Of a stretch of 64,000 nt of DNA, positions 44,881 through 53,393 are shown one piece after another (position 1 is the first letter of the stretch; each line of letters starts with the position of its first letter). The notes under the pieces were generated by a model. That model ran no database searches. It saw nothing but the letters and a program-made list of their open reading frames with translations, and had not been told where the DNA came from. Position numbers and translations under genes: made by a program. Origin of the DNA: a bacterium (GTDB taxonomy: Bacteria > Patescibacteriota > Patescibacteriia > Patescibacteriales > UBA12075); contig JBDRDI010000034.1 in assembly GCA_043820875.1 (NCBI GenBank), forward strand, positions 11,318 to 75,317, given 5' to 3'.

Positions 44881-45930
44881 ATGAAAAAAAGATTAAAAAT
44901 AGCGCATATTCATGTTTGGGATAAAAAAAATAAAGGAGACCTCGGGATAGTCTTGGCCGTGCAAGATATCTTAAAAAAACATTTTCAAGGCGCTTGTTTT
45001 TTTGATTTTCCGGTAGAGACGCTGAAAAAGGCGGACAAAAAAATAATAGACAAAATAAATAAGCAAGATTTGCTAATCATCGGCGGTGGCGGAATTTTAT
45101 ACAGATATTTTTTGCCTTTTGATAAAAAAATAATTTCTTCCATTAAAATTCCGATTGTAATTTTTGGCATTGGCTATATTAGGGAATCCGGTTCCAAAAA
45201 ATTAAACGAAGAAGAGGTAAAAAGCATCAAGCTTCTCGTCGAGAGAGCGAACTTGGTGGGAGTGAGAGACTATTATACAAAAATATTTTTAATAAAATCT
45301 GGAATACAAAAAGATAAAATAAATCTGCTTGGCGATCCGGCAGTGTTGCTCGGTGAAGAAAGGCCAAAAAATTTCAAATTAAAATCAGGCGTAAAAATCG
45401 GTCTAAATTTAAATTATTCAGGTTGGCTGGGTTTTGGTCCGCGGGAGGAAGATATTTTAAAAGCATACAATGAAGTGGCTCATTATTTTCAAAAAAAATA
45501 TGACGCGCAAATTTATTATTTGATGCACCACCCGGGAGAAAAAAATATAATTGGCAAGCTTGATATTTCAAACATGAAAGTAGTTGATTTAAATGCTTAT
45601 GAACAGAAATATATTTATGGACAGTTGAATTTAGTGATTGGTATGATGTTGCATTCCTGCGTGATGGCTTTTGGCGCCGGAACTCCGGAAATAAACGTGG
45701 TGTATGATCTTAGAAATAAAAATTTTGCCAAATTTATCGGTTGTCCGGAATTAACAGTAGAGCTTTCCGACTTGAAGTCTGGCGAGCTGATTAAAAAAGC
45801 GAAAATGGTGTTTGGAAAAGAAGTGGAATATAGAAAAAAATTTGCCAAACGAAAAAAGGAAATTATAAAAATGCACGAAAAATATCTTCAAAAAATTGAA
45901 AGATTATTAAATGAACAAGAAAAAAAATAA
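44881..45930 (+). CDS. Polysaccharide pyruvyl transferase family protein
   Basis: The N-terminal KNKGDLGIVLAV and the IIGGGGIL pattern are typical of the family. Confidence 0.6.
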   Translation: MKKRLKIAHIHVWDKKNKGDLGIVLAVQDILKKHFQGACFFDFPVETLKKADKKIIDKINKQDLLIIGGGGILYRYFLPFDKKIISSIKIPIVIFGIGYIRESGSKKLNEEEVKSIKLLVERANLVGVRDYYTKIFLIKSGIQKDKINLLGDPAVLLGEERPKNFKLKSGVKIGLNLNYSGWLGFGPREEDILKAYNEVAHYFQKKYDAQIYYLMHHPGEKNIIGKLDISNMKVVDLNAYEQKYIYGQLNLVIGMMLHSCVMAFGAGTPEINVVYDLRNKNFAKFIGCPELTVELSDLKSGELIKKAKMVFGKEVEYRKKFAKRKKEIIKMHEKYLQKIERLLNEQEKK

Positions 45931-47338
45931 ACTTAAAATTTTAATGCTTTCCGCTGAAGTAGCACCATTCGCCAAAGTCGGCGGATTGGCCGATGTGGTT
46001 GGCAGTTTGCCGTCCGCGCTGGAAAAGGTTGATTGTGACGCGCGCGTGATTGTGCCACTTTACGGCGTTGTAGATAGAAAAAAATATAATTTAAAAAAAA
46101 TTTATTCCAATGCCGTTGTTGTTTCCGACAAGAAAAAGGCGGTTTTTAATTTATGGCAATCTTTTTTTCCGGGAACAAACACGCCGATATATTTTATTGA
46201 GTCTTTAAAATATTTTGCCGGCGAGAAAGTATATAGCGGAAGAAATGACGAAGAAAGATTCTTGTTTTTTTCTTCGGCCGCGCTTCATGCCTTGTCGCTT
46301 ATCAAGTTTGTTCCCGATATTATCCATTGCCACGACTGCCACACGGCGCTCGTGCCGGATATTTTAAAAGTTGGGAATTTTGAAAATCTTAAAAATGTCA
46401 AAACAATATATACAATCCATAATTTCGCATATCAGGGAAAAACAGATGTCGAAACTTTAAAAATCGGAAATTTAAAAAAAGATTCTTTAAAATCTTTGGC
46501 ATACGACGCCTTGGACGGGGATATAAATTTTACCGTGCAGGGAATATTAAACGCGGACATTGTCACGACCGTGAGTCGTCGATACGCGCGAGAAATTTTA
46601 ACAAAAGAGTACGGAGCGGGGCTGGATAATATTATTAGAAAACGAAAAAAAGATTTATACGGAATTGTGAACGGTATAGACATTGATTTTTTTAATCCCG
46701 AGAAGGATAAATTTATCAGTAAAAATTATTCCGTAAAAACTTTGAAAGAAAAAATAAGAAATAAGACAGCGCTACAAAAAGAGGTGGGTTTGCCGGTTGA
46801 CGCCGACGTTCCGCTCGTTGGCATGGTGTCGCGATTTGTCAGTCAAAAAGGAATTGACTTAATTTCTGATAAATTCGGGAGTTTGGACTGCCAATTCGTT
46901 TTTTTGGGAACCGGACAAAAAAAATATGAAGATATGCTGAAAAATTTTGCCAAAAAATTTCCAAAAAAAGTGAGCGCAAATATTTCTTTTAATATTTCTC
47001 TGGCTCAGAAGATTTATGCGGCCAGCGATATGTTTTTGATGCCGTCGCAATTTGAGCCATGTGGCCTCGGGCAAATGATTGCCATGCGCTACGGCACAGT
47101 GCCGGTTGTTCGCGCGACAGGAGGGCTGGATGATACCGTGGACAACACAGTCGGCTTTAAATTTAAGAAAATGTCTTCCGCGGAATTTTATAATAAACTG
47201 AAAGAAGCGATTACAATTTATAAAAAAAATAAAAATAAATGGAAAAATATGCAAATAAACGGCATGAAAAGAGATTTTTCTTGGAATAAATCGGCAAAAG
47301 AGTATCTGACAGTATATAGAAAAGCATTGAAAAAATAA
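45911..47338 (+). CDS. glgA: Glycogen/starch synthase (GT5), copy 2
   Basis: SAEVAPFAKVGGLADVVGSLP, HCHDCH, PSQFEPCGLGQM and GGLDDTV. Confidence 0.9.
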   Translation: MNKKKNKLKILMLSAEVAPFAKVGGLADVVGSLPSALEKVDCDARVIVPLYGVVDRKKYNLKKIYSNAVVVSDKKKAVFNLWQSFFPGTNTPIYFIESLKYFAGEKVYSGRNDEERFLFFSSAALHALSLIKFVPDIIHCHDCHTALVPDILKVGNFENLKNVKTIYTIHNFAYQGKTDVETLKIGNLKKDSLKSLAYDALDGDINFTVQGILNADIVTTVSRRYAREILTKEYGAGLDNIIRKRKKDLYGIVNGIDIDFFNPEKDKFISKNYSVKTLKEKIRNKTALQKEVGLPVDADVPLVGMVSRFVSQKGIDLISDKFGSLDCQFVFLGTGQKKYEDMLKNFAKKFPKKVSANISFNISLAQKIYAASDMFLMPSQFEPCGLGQMIAMRYGTVPVVRATGGLDDTVDNTVGFKFKKMSSAEFYNKLKEAITIYKKNKNKWKNMQINGMKRDFSWNKSAKEYLTVYRKALKK

Positions 47339-47390
47339 TTGTTTTTAATAAAATATATTTAATATTGGCAAAAAACCTGACTTATCAACA

Positions 47391-47419
47391 TTGACAGAAA
47401 CGAGAATATTTGATAGAAT
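47391..47419 (+). promoter_or_regulatory. Sigma70-like promoter in the glgA-smc intergenic region
   Basis: TTGACA, 17 nt, TAGAAT. Confidence 0.45.
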
Positions 47420-47579
47420 GAGAATAGAGAGTAAAAAACAAAAACTGGTTGTATATATTGATTAGGTAAACTTGATAAACAATAAATTCAAATAGATAAA
47501 CAAGGCTAAAAAAATTATATTTTGGCGCAAAATAAAAAATATCTTTTGAATTTTATATATAATTTGTTCTTTTAAATTT

Positions 47580-47668
47580 ACGCCGTCAAACCATTCGGGC
47601 ACAGGTTCCAAGATAAATATAGTTTTGAAACCCGTTTCCAAATGGCATGACGGCGTTTTTATTTTTTT
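47580..47668 (+). terminator. Long imperfect hairpin plus T-run (terminator of a ~240-nt non-coding transcript, or of glgA)
   Basis: acgccgtca..ccatt...aatgg..tgacggcgt followed by tttttattttttt. Confidence 0.45.
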
Positions 47669-47690
47669 GGAAAATATTGTATAATAAGAC

Positions 47691-47780
47691 CAGACATCGG
47701 ATGTCAGATATCAGATGTCGGCTTTTAGATAAAACGTTTTAATTAAAAGCTGACATCTGATATCTGACATCCGACATCTT
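47691..47780. repeat. Inverted pair of heptanucleotide arrays forming a ~35-bp hairpin immediately upstream of smc
   Basis: The left arm cagacat cggatgt cagatat cagatgt cggcttt matches the right arm at roughly 32 of 35 positions in reverse complement. T8 follows, and ATG 47787 is 7 nt after the hairpin. Confidence 0.8.
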
Positions 47781-47786
47781 TTTTTT

Positions 47787-50438
47787 ATGTATTTAGAGAA
47801 ATTGGAAATTCAAGGATTCAAATCTTTCGCCACGAAGAATGTTTTGGTATTTCCGGGTATTACCGATTTGGACAAAAGAGGGCTTACTTGTATTGTCGGT
47901 CCAAACGGCTCCGGCAAGTCAAACGTTGCGGACGCGGTACGCTGGGTACTTGGAGAACAAAGCATGAAGGCCTTACGAGGTAAAAGATCTGAAGATGTTA
48001 TTTTTTCCGGTTCGGATAAAAAAGGTAAACTCGGCATGGCCGAGGTTTCTTTGTTTTTAAACAATGAAGATCGGACCGCTCCGGTTGATTATTCGGAAGT
48101 CGTCATCACCAGGCGCCTTTATCGCAATGGTGAAAGCGAATATATTTTAAACAACAGTCGTGTGCGCCTTGCGGATATTCAAATGCTTTTGGCCAAATCG
48201 AAATTCGGTCAAAGAACATACAGCGTCATTGGGCAAGGAATGGTGGAGGGGTTTTTAAATACATCACTTCAAGAAAGAAAAGAATTTTTTGATGAGGCAA
48301 CCGGCGTTAAGCAATATCAAATTAAAAGAGATGATTCGCTTAATAAATTATGCTTGAGTCATGAAAATCTTACTAAAACTCAAATGCTTCTCGCGGAAAT
48401 TGAGCCGCGTCTTAAAAGTTTGACTCGGCAGGTTGGACGTTTGCGCAAGAGAAGCGAATTGGAAAAGAGTTTGAAAGAATTACAACTTGATTATTACGGT
48501 TTTGTTTGGCATGAGATCAGCGATAAATTTGTGGAATATAATAATAAATATTTGGAATTGGAAAAAACAAGGAATAGTAAAAATAAAAAATTGGAAAATG
48601 CGAATCATGAAATGGATAAATTAAAAATTAACGGCGGGAAAAATAATAATTTTGAAAAATTGCAAATTGAACTTGCGGGTGAGCAGAAAAAGAAAGATGA
48701 GTTGAATAAAAAATTGTCCAAGCTGGAGGCGCAGGTAGAACTTAAGCTTGAATCGCAAGGTAATTTTGATTTGTCGTTTTTGATAAATAAAAAAGAAGAA
48801 CTTGCCAAGAGTATTGAAACAATAAAAAAAGAAATTACCAATTTAAAAAATATTGCGGAAAACGGCGCGAAAACCGAAAAGATTTTAAAAAGTGAAATGG
48901 AGGATATAAGTCGTCGTATCGCCAAGCTGAACAGCGAATTGGCGGAAGCGCCGTCTGAAGAATCAAAAAAAATCGGCAATCGCTTGAGCGGTATATTGAA
49001 AAAATTGGAACGTTTGGACGAATCAAGCGATATGGAAGAGGTAAAAAAAATTATTTACGAAGCAAAAAAAGAAATCGAAAAAATTATTAAAGAAGAAGAT
49101 GATGATGAAGAAGAGAAAAAAGTTGGACAAAAAGGGGCATGGCGAGAAATACAGCTGGCAATTCAATCTTTGGCTCAAAAAAAAGAAGAAGCGACCACAA
49201 AAATAAACGAAAATTTTTTGGCGCAAAGTGCGTGTGCTGAACGCATTCGCCTCTTAGAGGAAAGAGAAAGCGATTTGCAAAAAGAATTTAAATCAGTGGC
49301 GGAGAAAATCAGTCAAAGTTCCAAAAAAATAAATTTTTCGGAAATTGAGAAAGAACAAAACGAACTTAAAAAAGAAATCACAACGGTTGATAAAAATATT
49401 GAAGAAGTCAGAGAAAAAATAAACAATATAAGTTTCAGAGAAGAAGACGAGAGAAATAATCTTTTTAAATTACAAAAAGAATTGCAAGATTTGCAGGGGG
49501 AAGCGAATTTGCTGAACAGCCAGCTTGGTGAGATCAAAGTAAATTCCGCGCGATATGAAACGAAGCTGGAAGATCTGGAAATAGAAATCAGACAAGAGCT
49601 CGGGGCGTTAAAAGAAATTCAAGAACAAAAAATTGATGCCGATATTAATCAGGAAGATTTAAGAGAAAAAATTAAGCAAGCCAAAAGACAACTTGAACTT
49701 ATCGGCGGCATTGACCCGGCAGCCGAAAATGAATATCGTGAAACAAAAGAACGCTATGACTTTTTATCAGGACAAGTTGATGATTTGCTTGCGACCACGA
49801 AATCTTTGGAAAAAATTATTAAAGAGCTGGATTTGATAATCAAAAAACAATTTGATGAAGAGTTTAAAATTATTGCCAAAAAGTTTGAAGAATATTTCCG
49901 TATTTTATTCAGCGGTGGAAATGCGAAGATTGTTAAAGTTATGGACAAGGTTGAGGAAGATGAAGACTCTTCGGAAAATTTGGAAATGGAAAACAGCAAA
50001 GAATCAAAAGAGAATGACGAGCAAAAAGCGCAAGGCGAAACAAATAATGGAAATAAAAAAATAAAATTTTTACAAAAACACAACGCCACGGGCCTTGCCG
50101 GAATTGAAATTCACGCCACTCCGCCCGGAAAAAAAATTGCTTCTATAGCCATGCTTTCCGGCGGTGAAAGGGCGTTAACAGCCATTGCTTTGATTTGCGC
50201 AATCATTGGAGCCAATCCATCGCCATTTGTAATTTTGGATGAAGTGGATGCGGCACTTGATGAAGCGAATTCTGAAAGACTGGTTCGTATTTTGGACGAA
50301 CTTTCTCACAAGACTCAATTTATTGTTGTTACTCACAATCGCGCTTCTATGCGTCGAGCTAATATTTTATATGGCGTGACCATGGGAGACGATGGTATGA
50401 GCAGATTGATTTCCGTGAAGTTGGAAGATAAAAAATAA
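47787..50438 (+). CDS. smc: SMC chromosome partition protein, short form without a recognisable hinge domain
   Basis: Head motifs FKSF, GPNGSGKSN, LSGGERALTAIAL and FVILDEVDAALD. Only ~470 aa of coiled coil lies between the head halves. Confidence 0.85.
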   Translation: MYLEKLEIQGFKSFATKNVLVFPGITDLDKRGLTCIVGPNGSGKSNVADAVRWVLGEQSMKALRGKRSEDVIFSGSDKKGKLGMAEVSLFLNNEDRTAPVDYSEVVITRRLYRNGESEYILNNSRVRLADIQMLLAKSKFGQRTYSVIGQGMVEGFLNTSLQERKEFFDEATGVKQYQIKRDDSLNKLCLSHENLTKTQMLLAEIEPRLKSLTRQVGRLRKRSELEKSLKELQLDYYGFVWHEISDKFVEYNNKYLELEKTRNSKNKKLENANHEMDKLKINGGKNNNFEKLQIELAGEQKKKDELNKKLSKLEAQVELKLESQGNFDLSFLINKKEELAKSIETIKKEITNLKNIAENGAKTEKILKSEMEDISRRIAKLNSELAEAPSEESKKIGNRLSGILKKLERLDESSDMEEVKKIIYEAKKEIEKIIKEEDDDEEEKKVGQKGAWREIQLAIQSLAQKKEEATTKINENFLAQSACAERIRLLEERESDLQKEFKSVAEKISQSSKKINFSEIEKEQNELKKEITTVDKNIEEVREKINNISFREEDERNNLFKLQKELQDLQGEANLLNSQLGEIKVNSARYETKLEDLEIEIRQELGALKEIQEQKIDADINQEDLREKIKQAKRQLELIGGIDPAAENEYRETKERYDFLSGQVDDLLATTKSLEKIIKELDLIIKKQFDEEFKIIAKKFEEYFRILFSGGNAKIVKVMDKVEEDEDSSENLEMENSKESKENDEQKAQGETNNGNKKIKFLQKHNATGLAGIEIHATPPGKKIASIAMLSGGERALTAIALICAIIGANPSPFVILDEVDAALDEANSERLVRILDELSHKTQFIVVTHNRASMRRANILYGVTMGDDGMSRLISVKLEDKK

Positions 50439-50553
50439 AATGTAAAATATATTAAGAAACAGGCTTATGGTCTGTTTTTGTGTTTTTTAATTTTTATAAT
50501 TATTTCATTTTTTCTTTATCTTTTCTTCATAAGTTTTTCTTTACTATATAATT

Positions 50554-51996
50554 ATGAAGAAAAAGAATCTTTATAAATTTTCTTTGTTTTTATTTTTTGC
50601 CTGTCTTTTGGGAGCCATGCCGGCCGCGGCCGCATTTAGTAAAACTGAAATCAAAGGAACCTTAAAAGGAACTGTTTTGGCAAGTGACGTTTATAATGGG
50701 AATGACGTTTCTATCAATGAATTTGTGTCTGATCCGGCAGATGGCGGAGGCGAATGGATTGAATTATACAACAACACGAATAAAATCATTGATTTGGCGG
50801 GTTGGACGATTGAAGACGGCACGGCCAAAAAGACAATTTTATCCGGAACAATATCCGAAAGCGGCGCGAGCCGTTATTTCGTGGTGGAAAAGCCGAAGGG
50901 TAGTTTGAATAACGCGGGCGATTTGATAATTTTGCGTGATACGAGCGGAAAAATTATTGACCGAGTTGTTTATGGAGACTGGAACGACGGTAGCGCATCC
51001 AACAATGCGCCGATAGCTCGCGCGCCATCTTCTTTGGCCAAAAAATATGACGGCCAAAACACCGGTAATAATAAAAATGATTTTTTTGTTGCCTTGAAGC
51101 CGACCAAAGGCGCGAAAAATATTTTTGTTATGGAAAATTCTGAGGCGGTTGCCGACGAAGCAAACAGTGAACGAGATGAAGAATATTTATCCCCAGACGA
51201 GGTTGAAAATTATCTTGGAGATTATAATTATAACGGACAAATTATTACGGCCGGAGCGGATTACTACGAAGTTGAGCTGGCTGACGTGAAAAGATTGGAA
51301 ATTGGTGATTATGTAAAGACCAGGGGTATTGTGGCGGTTTTGCCGGGAATATTCGGAGTACAATATTTTTATATTGTATCAGGTGAGGGTGGCGTTCAGG
51401 TATATAATTACAACAAAGATTTTCCAGAAATGGAGATTGGCAGTTTGGTGGAAATTTTGGGAGAAATATCCGAAAGCGGAGGAGAAAAGAGAATTAAAAC
51501 AAAGTATCTTGAAGACATTGAAGTTTTTGGAAAAACAAGTCCTCCTGAGCCGGTTGATTTGGAATGTGGTGAAATTAATGATGAAGTTGTGGGACAATTG
51601 GTGCGCGTATTTGGAGAGATTATTGACAAGAAGGGGACGTCTTTTTTTGTGGACGACGGCACGGAAAAATTGGAAGTTCAAATCAAAACAAAAACAAATA
51701 TAAATTTATCTTCATTGATAGACGGAATGATCGTATCTGTTGCCGGCATCGTCAGTAAAACAAAAAGCGGTTTACGGCTTTTGCCGCGTTCGGGTGAAGA
51801 TATCATATTGGAAAGTGAAGACGGGATTTCCGATAAAGAGAGTGTTTCAGCAGAAGAAAAGATGGGTGATGAAATCAATATTCCGGCGCGCAACAAAAAA
51901 ATATTATTGGGTTATTTTATTGTTTTATTGATTGGCGGCGTGGTTTTGGTTGGGGATTGGTGGTGGAAAAAATTTAAAAAAGAAAAACCGCTCTAA
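50554..51996 (+). CDS. Secreted, C-terminally anchored lamin-tail-domain (LTD) protein with OB-like region
   Basis: Signal peptide ...AMPAAAA. LTD segment SINEFVSDPADGGGEWIELYNNTNKIIDLAGWTIEDG. C-terminal TM helix followed by KKFKKEK. Confidence 0.7.
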   Translation: MKKKNLYKFSLFLFFACLLGAMPAAAAFSKTEIKGTLKGTVLASDVYNGNDVSINEFVSDPADGGGEWIELYNNTNKIIDLAGWTIEDGTAKKTILSGTISESGASRYFVVEKPKGSLNNAGDLIILRDTSGKIIDRVVYGDWNDGSASNNAPIARAPSSLAKKYDGQNTGNNKNDFFVALKPTKGAKNIFVMENSEAVADEANSERDEEYLSPDEVENYLGDYNYNGQIITAGADYYEVELADVKRLEIGDYVKTRGIVAVLPGIFGVQYFYIVSGEGGVQVYNYNKDFPEMEIGSLVEILGEISESGGEKRIKTKYLEDIEVFGKTSPPEPVDLECGEINDEVVGQLVRVFGEIIDKKGTSFFVDDGTEKLEVQIKTKTNINLSSLIDGMIVSVAGIVSKTKSGLRLLPRSGEDIILESEDGISDKESVSAEEKMGDEINIPARNKKILLGYFIVLLIGGVVLVGDWWWKKFKKEKPL

Positions 51997-52047
51997 ACAG
52001 GTTTGTTCAGAACGGTTATTTAAGAGAACGATTGATGTTATTTATTT

Positions 52048-53154
52048 TTACTTCTTCCGCGCTTTTTCCCAGCGAGCACGTTTCGCTCTGTTTTTTTCTT
52101 GCCGGAAATGATCGGCGATTTTCAGGACCATGGCACCCTCTTCCTCAAAGACATAAGGCTCTTTAAACGACCCTTCCTTGATGCACCATTCGCTGGCGAT
52201 TTTGAACCCAGCGACAGGGGCCGACAGCCTGTAGAAACGCGGAGCGCCGAAACGACTCTTGTCTTCATACGCCGGCACCGACGTGTTTTCGTTCTGCAGA
52301 ATATGGTCCTTGTCGATGAGCAGTTCAATCGTGCCGTCTTTGACCATGAGGGCGAAGAGTTGTTGCACGAATGAGGCAACAATCCATTTGTTTGCTCTGT
52401 AGCGGTAAAGAGAGAAATCAATTTTATTCGGTAATTGTTTCTCTTGTCCGACAGGAAACCCGCGCCAAGCTTTTTGAATCTCGTCCCACGAACGTCTCCA
52501 GTCGCGCTTTGAGACGATGTACCATTCCACGCGCTTGATCCAGTAACTATCGGTTGATAGACGGGAAGTGAAGCTCGTATTTTCAGAAAAAAGGTCTCCG
52601 TAGTGGCCTTTGAGGAGATATTCGAAATCCTCAGCTTTGGCGAAGTGCTTTGCCACGAACCTTGCGTCGAGTTCAGCGGAACTCCATTCTTCTTCCTCCA
52701 GTGCCACTACTGCGTCAAGAAGCTCAAACCTTCTTTTTTCGTCTTTTTCCAGCACTTGGTAGAGAGCTGAGAAAAGACGATTTTGGTAATTGAAACTTTC
52801 CTCTTCATCTCCGATGAATTCTTCGGAAGAAGAAAGGACGCGATTCAACAATTCTTCCGCGCGCATTCCCTCTTCCGCAAGCTTCATGATAATACTTGCC
52901 GCAGTTTTGATGGACACTTCAATAAAACACTCCGATTCTTCTCTCGCGAAGCAGAGAAGGGAATCTCTTCGCTCATCGTCAGAAAACTCTTCTTCAGGAC
53001 CTTCGCCGAATTCGCTGTCGTTGACGCTTTTGATACTATTGTCGATCCATTCAACATCGTCCGGATTGAAATCTCTTTCGATAACTTCGCCTATGGACCC
53101 TCCTCGTTTTTTGAGGTTCTCGCAAGTATTGGGATTTATACGCCTTTTTCTCAT
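52048..53154 (-). CDS. Hypothetical protein (orphan, acidic N-half, basic C-terminus)
   Basis: 368-aa ORF, relatively G+C-rich by eye. No domain recognised. Confidence 0.55.
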   Translation of the reverse strand: MRKRRINPNTCENLKKRGGSIGEVIERDFNPDDVEWIDNSIKSVNDSEFGEGPEEEFSDDERRDSLLCFAREESECFIEVSIKTAASIIMKLAEEGMRAEELLNRVLSSSEEFIGDEEESFNYQNRLFSALYQVLEKDEKRRFELLDAVVALEEEEWSSAELDARFVAKHFAKAEDFEYLLKGHYGDLFSENTSFTSRLSTDSYWIKRVEWYIVSKRDWRRSWDEIQKAWRGFPVGQEKQLPNKIDFSLYRYRANKWIVASFVQQLFALMVKDGTIELLIDKDHILQNENTSVPAYEDKSRFGAPRFYRLSAPVAGFKIASEWCIKEGSFKEPYVFEEEGAMVLKIADHFRQEKNRAKRARWEKARKK

Positions 53155-53393
53155 ATTTTCCCCCTGTTCCCATGGAACAATCTGAGGTTGTTAATGTGCC
53201 TGCGGATTATCCGCAAGATCATGAATTTTTTATATCATGTTTTAAATAAAAAGTCAAGAGTAGGCGATAATTCTATATTTATATGAATAGAGAATCTTTA
53301 CTTCTTGTTGATATGCATTTAAATATGTTATATTATAAACAGACAGGTATATTGAAATACCTTGTTTTGTATAAACTATAATTTATAAATATT

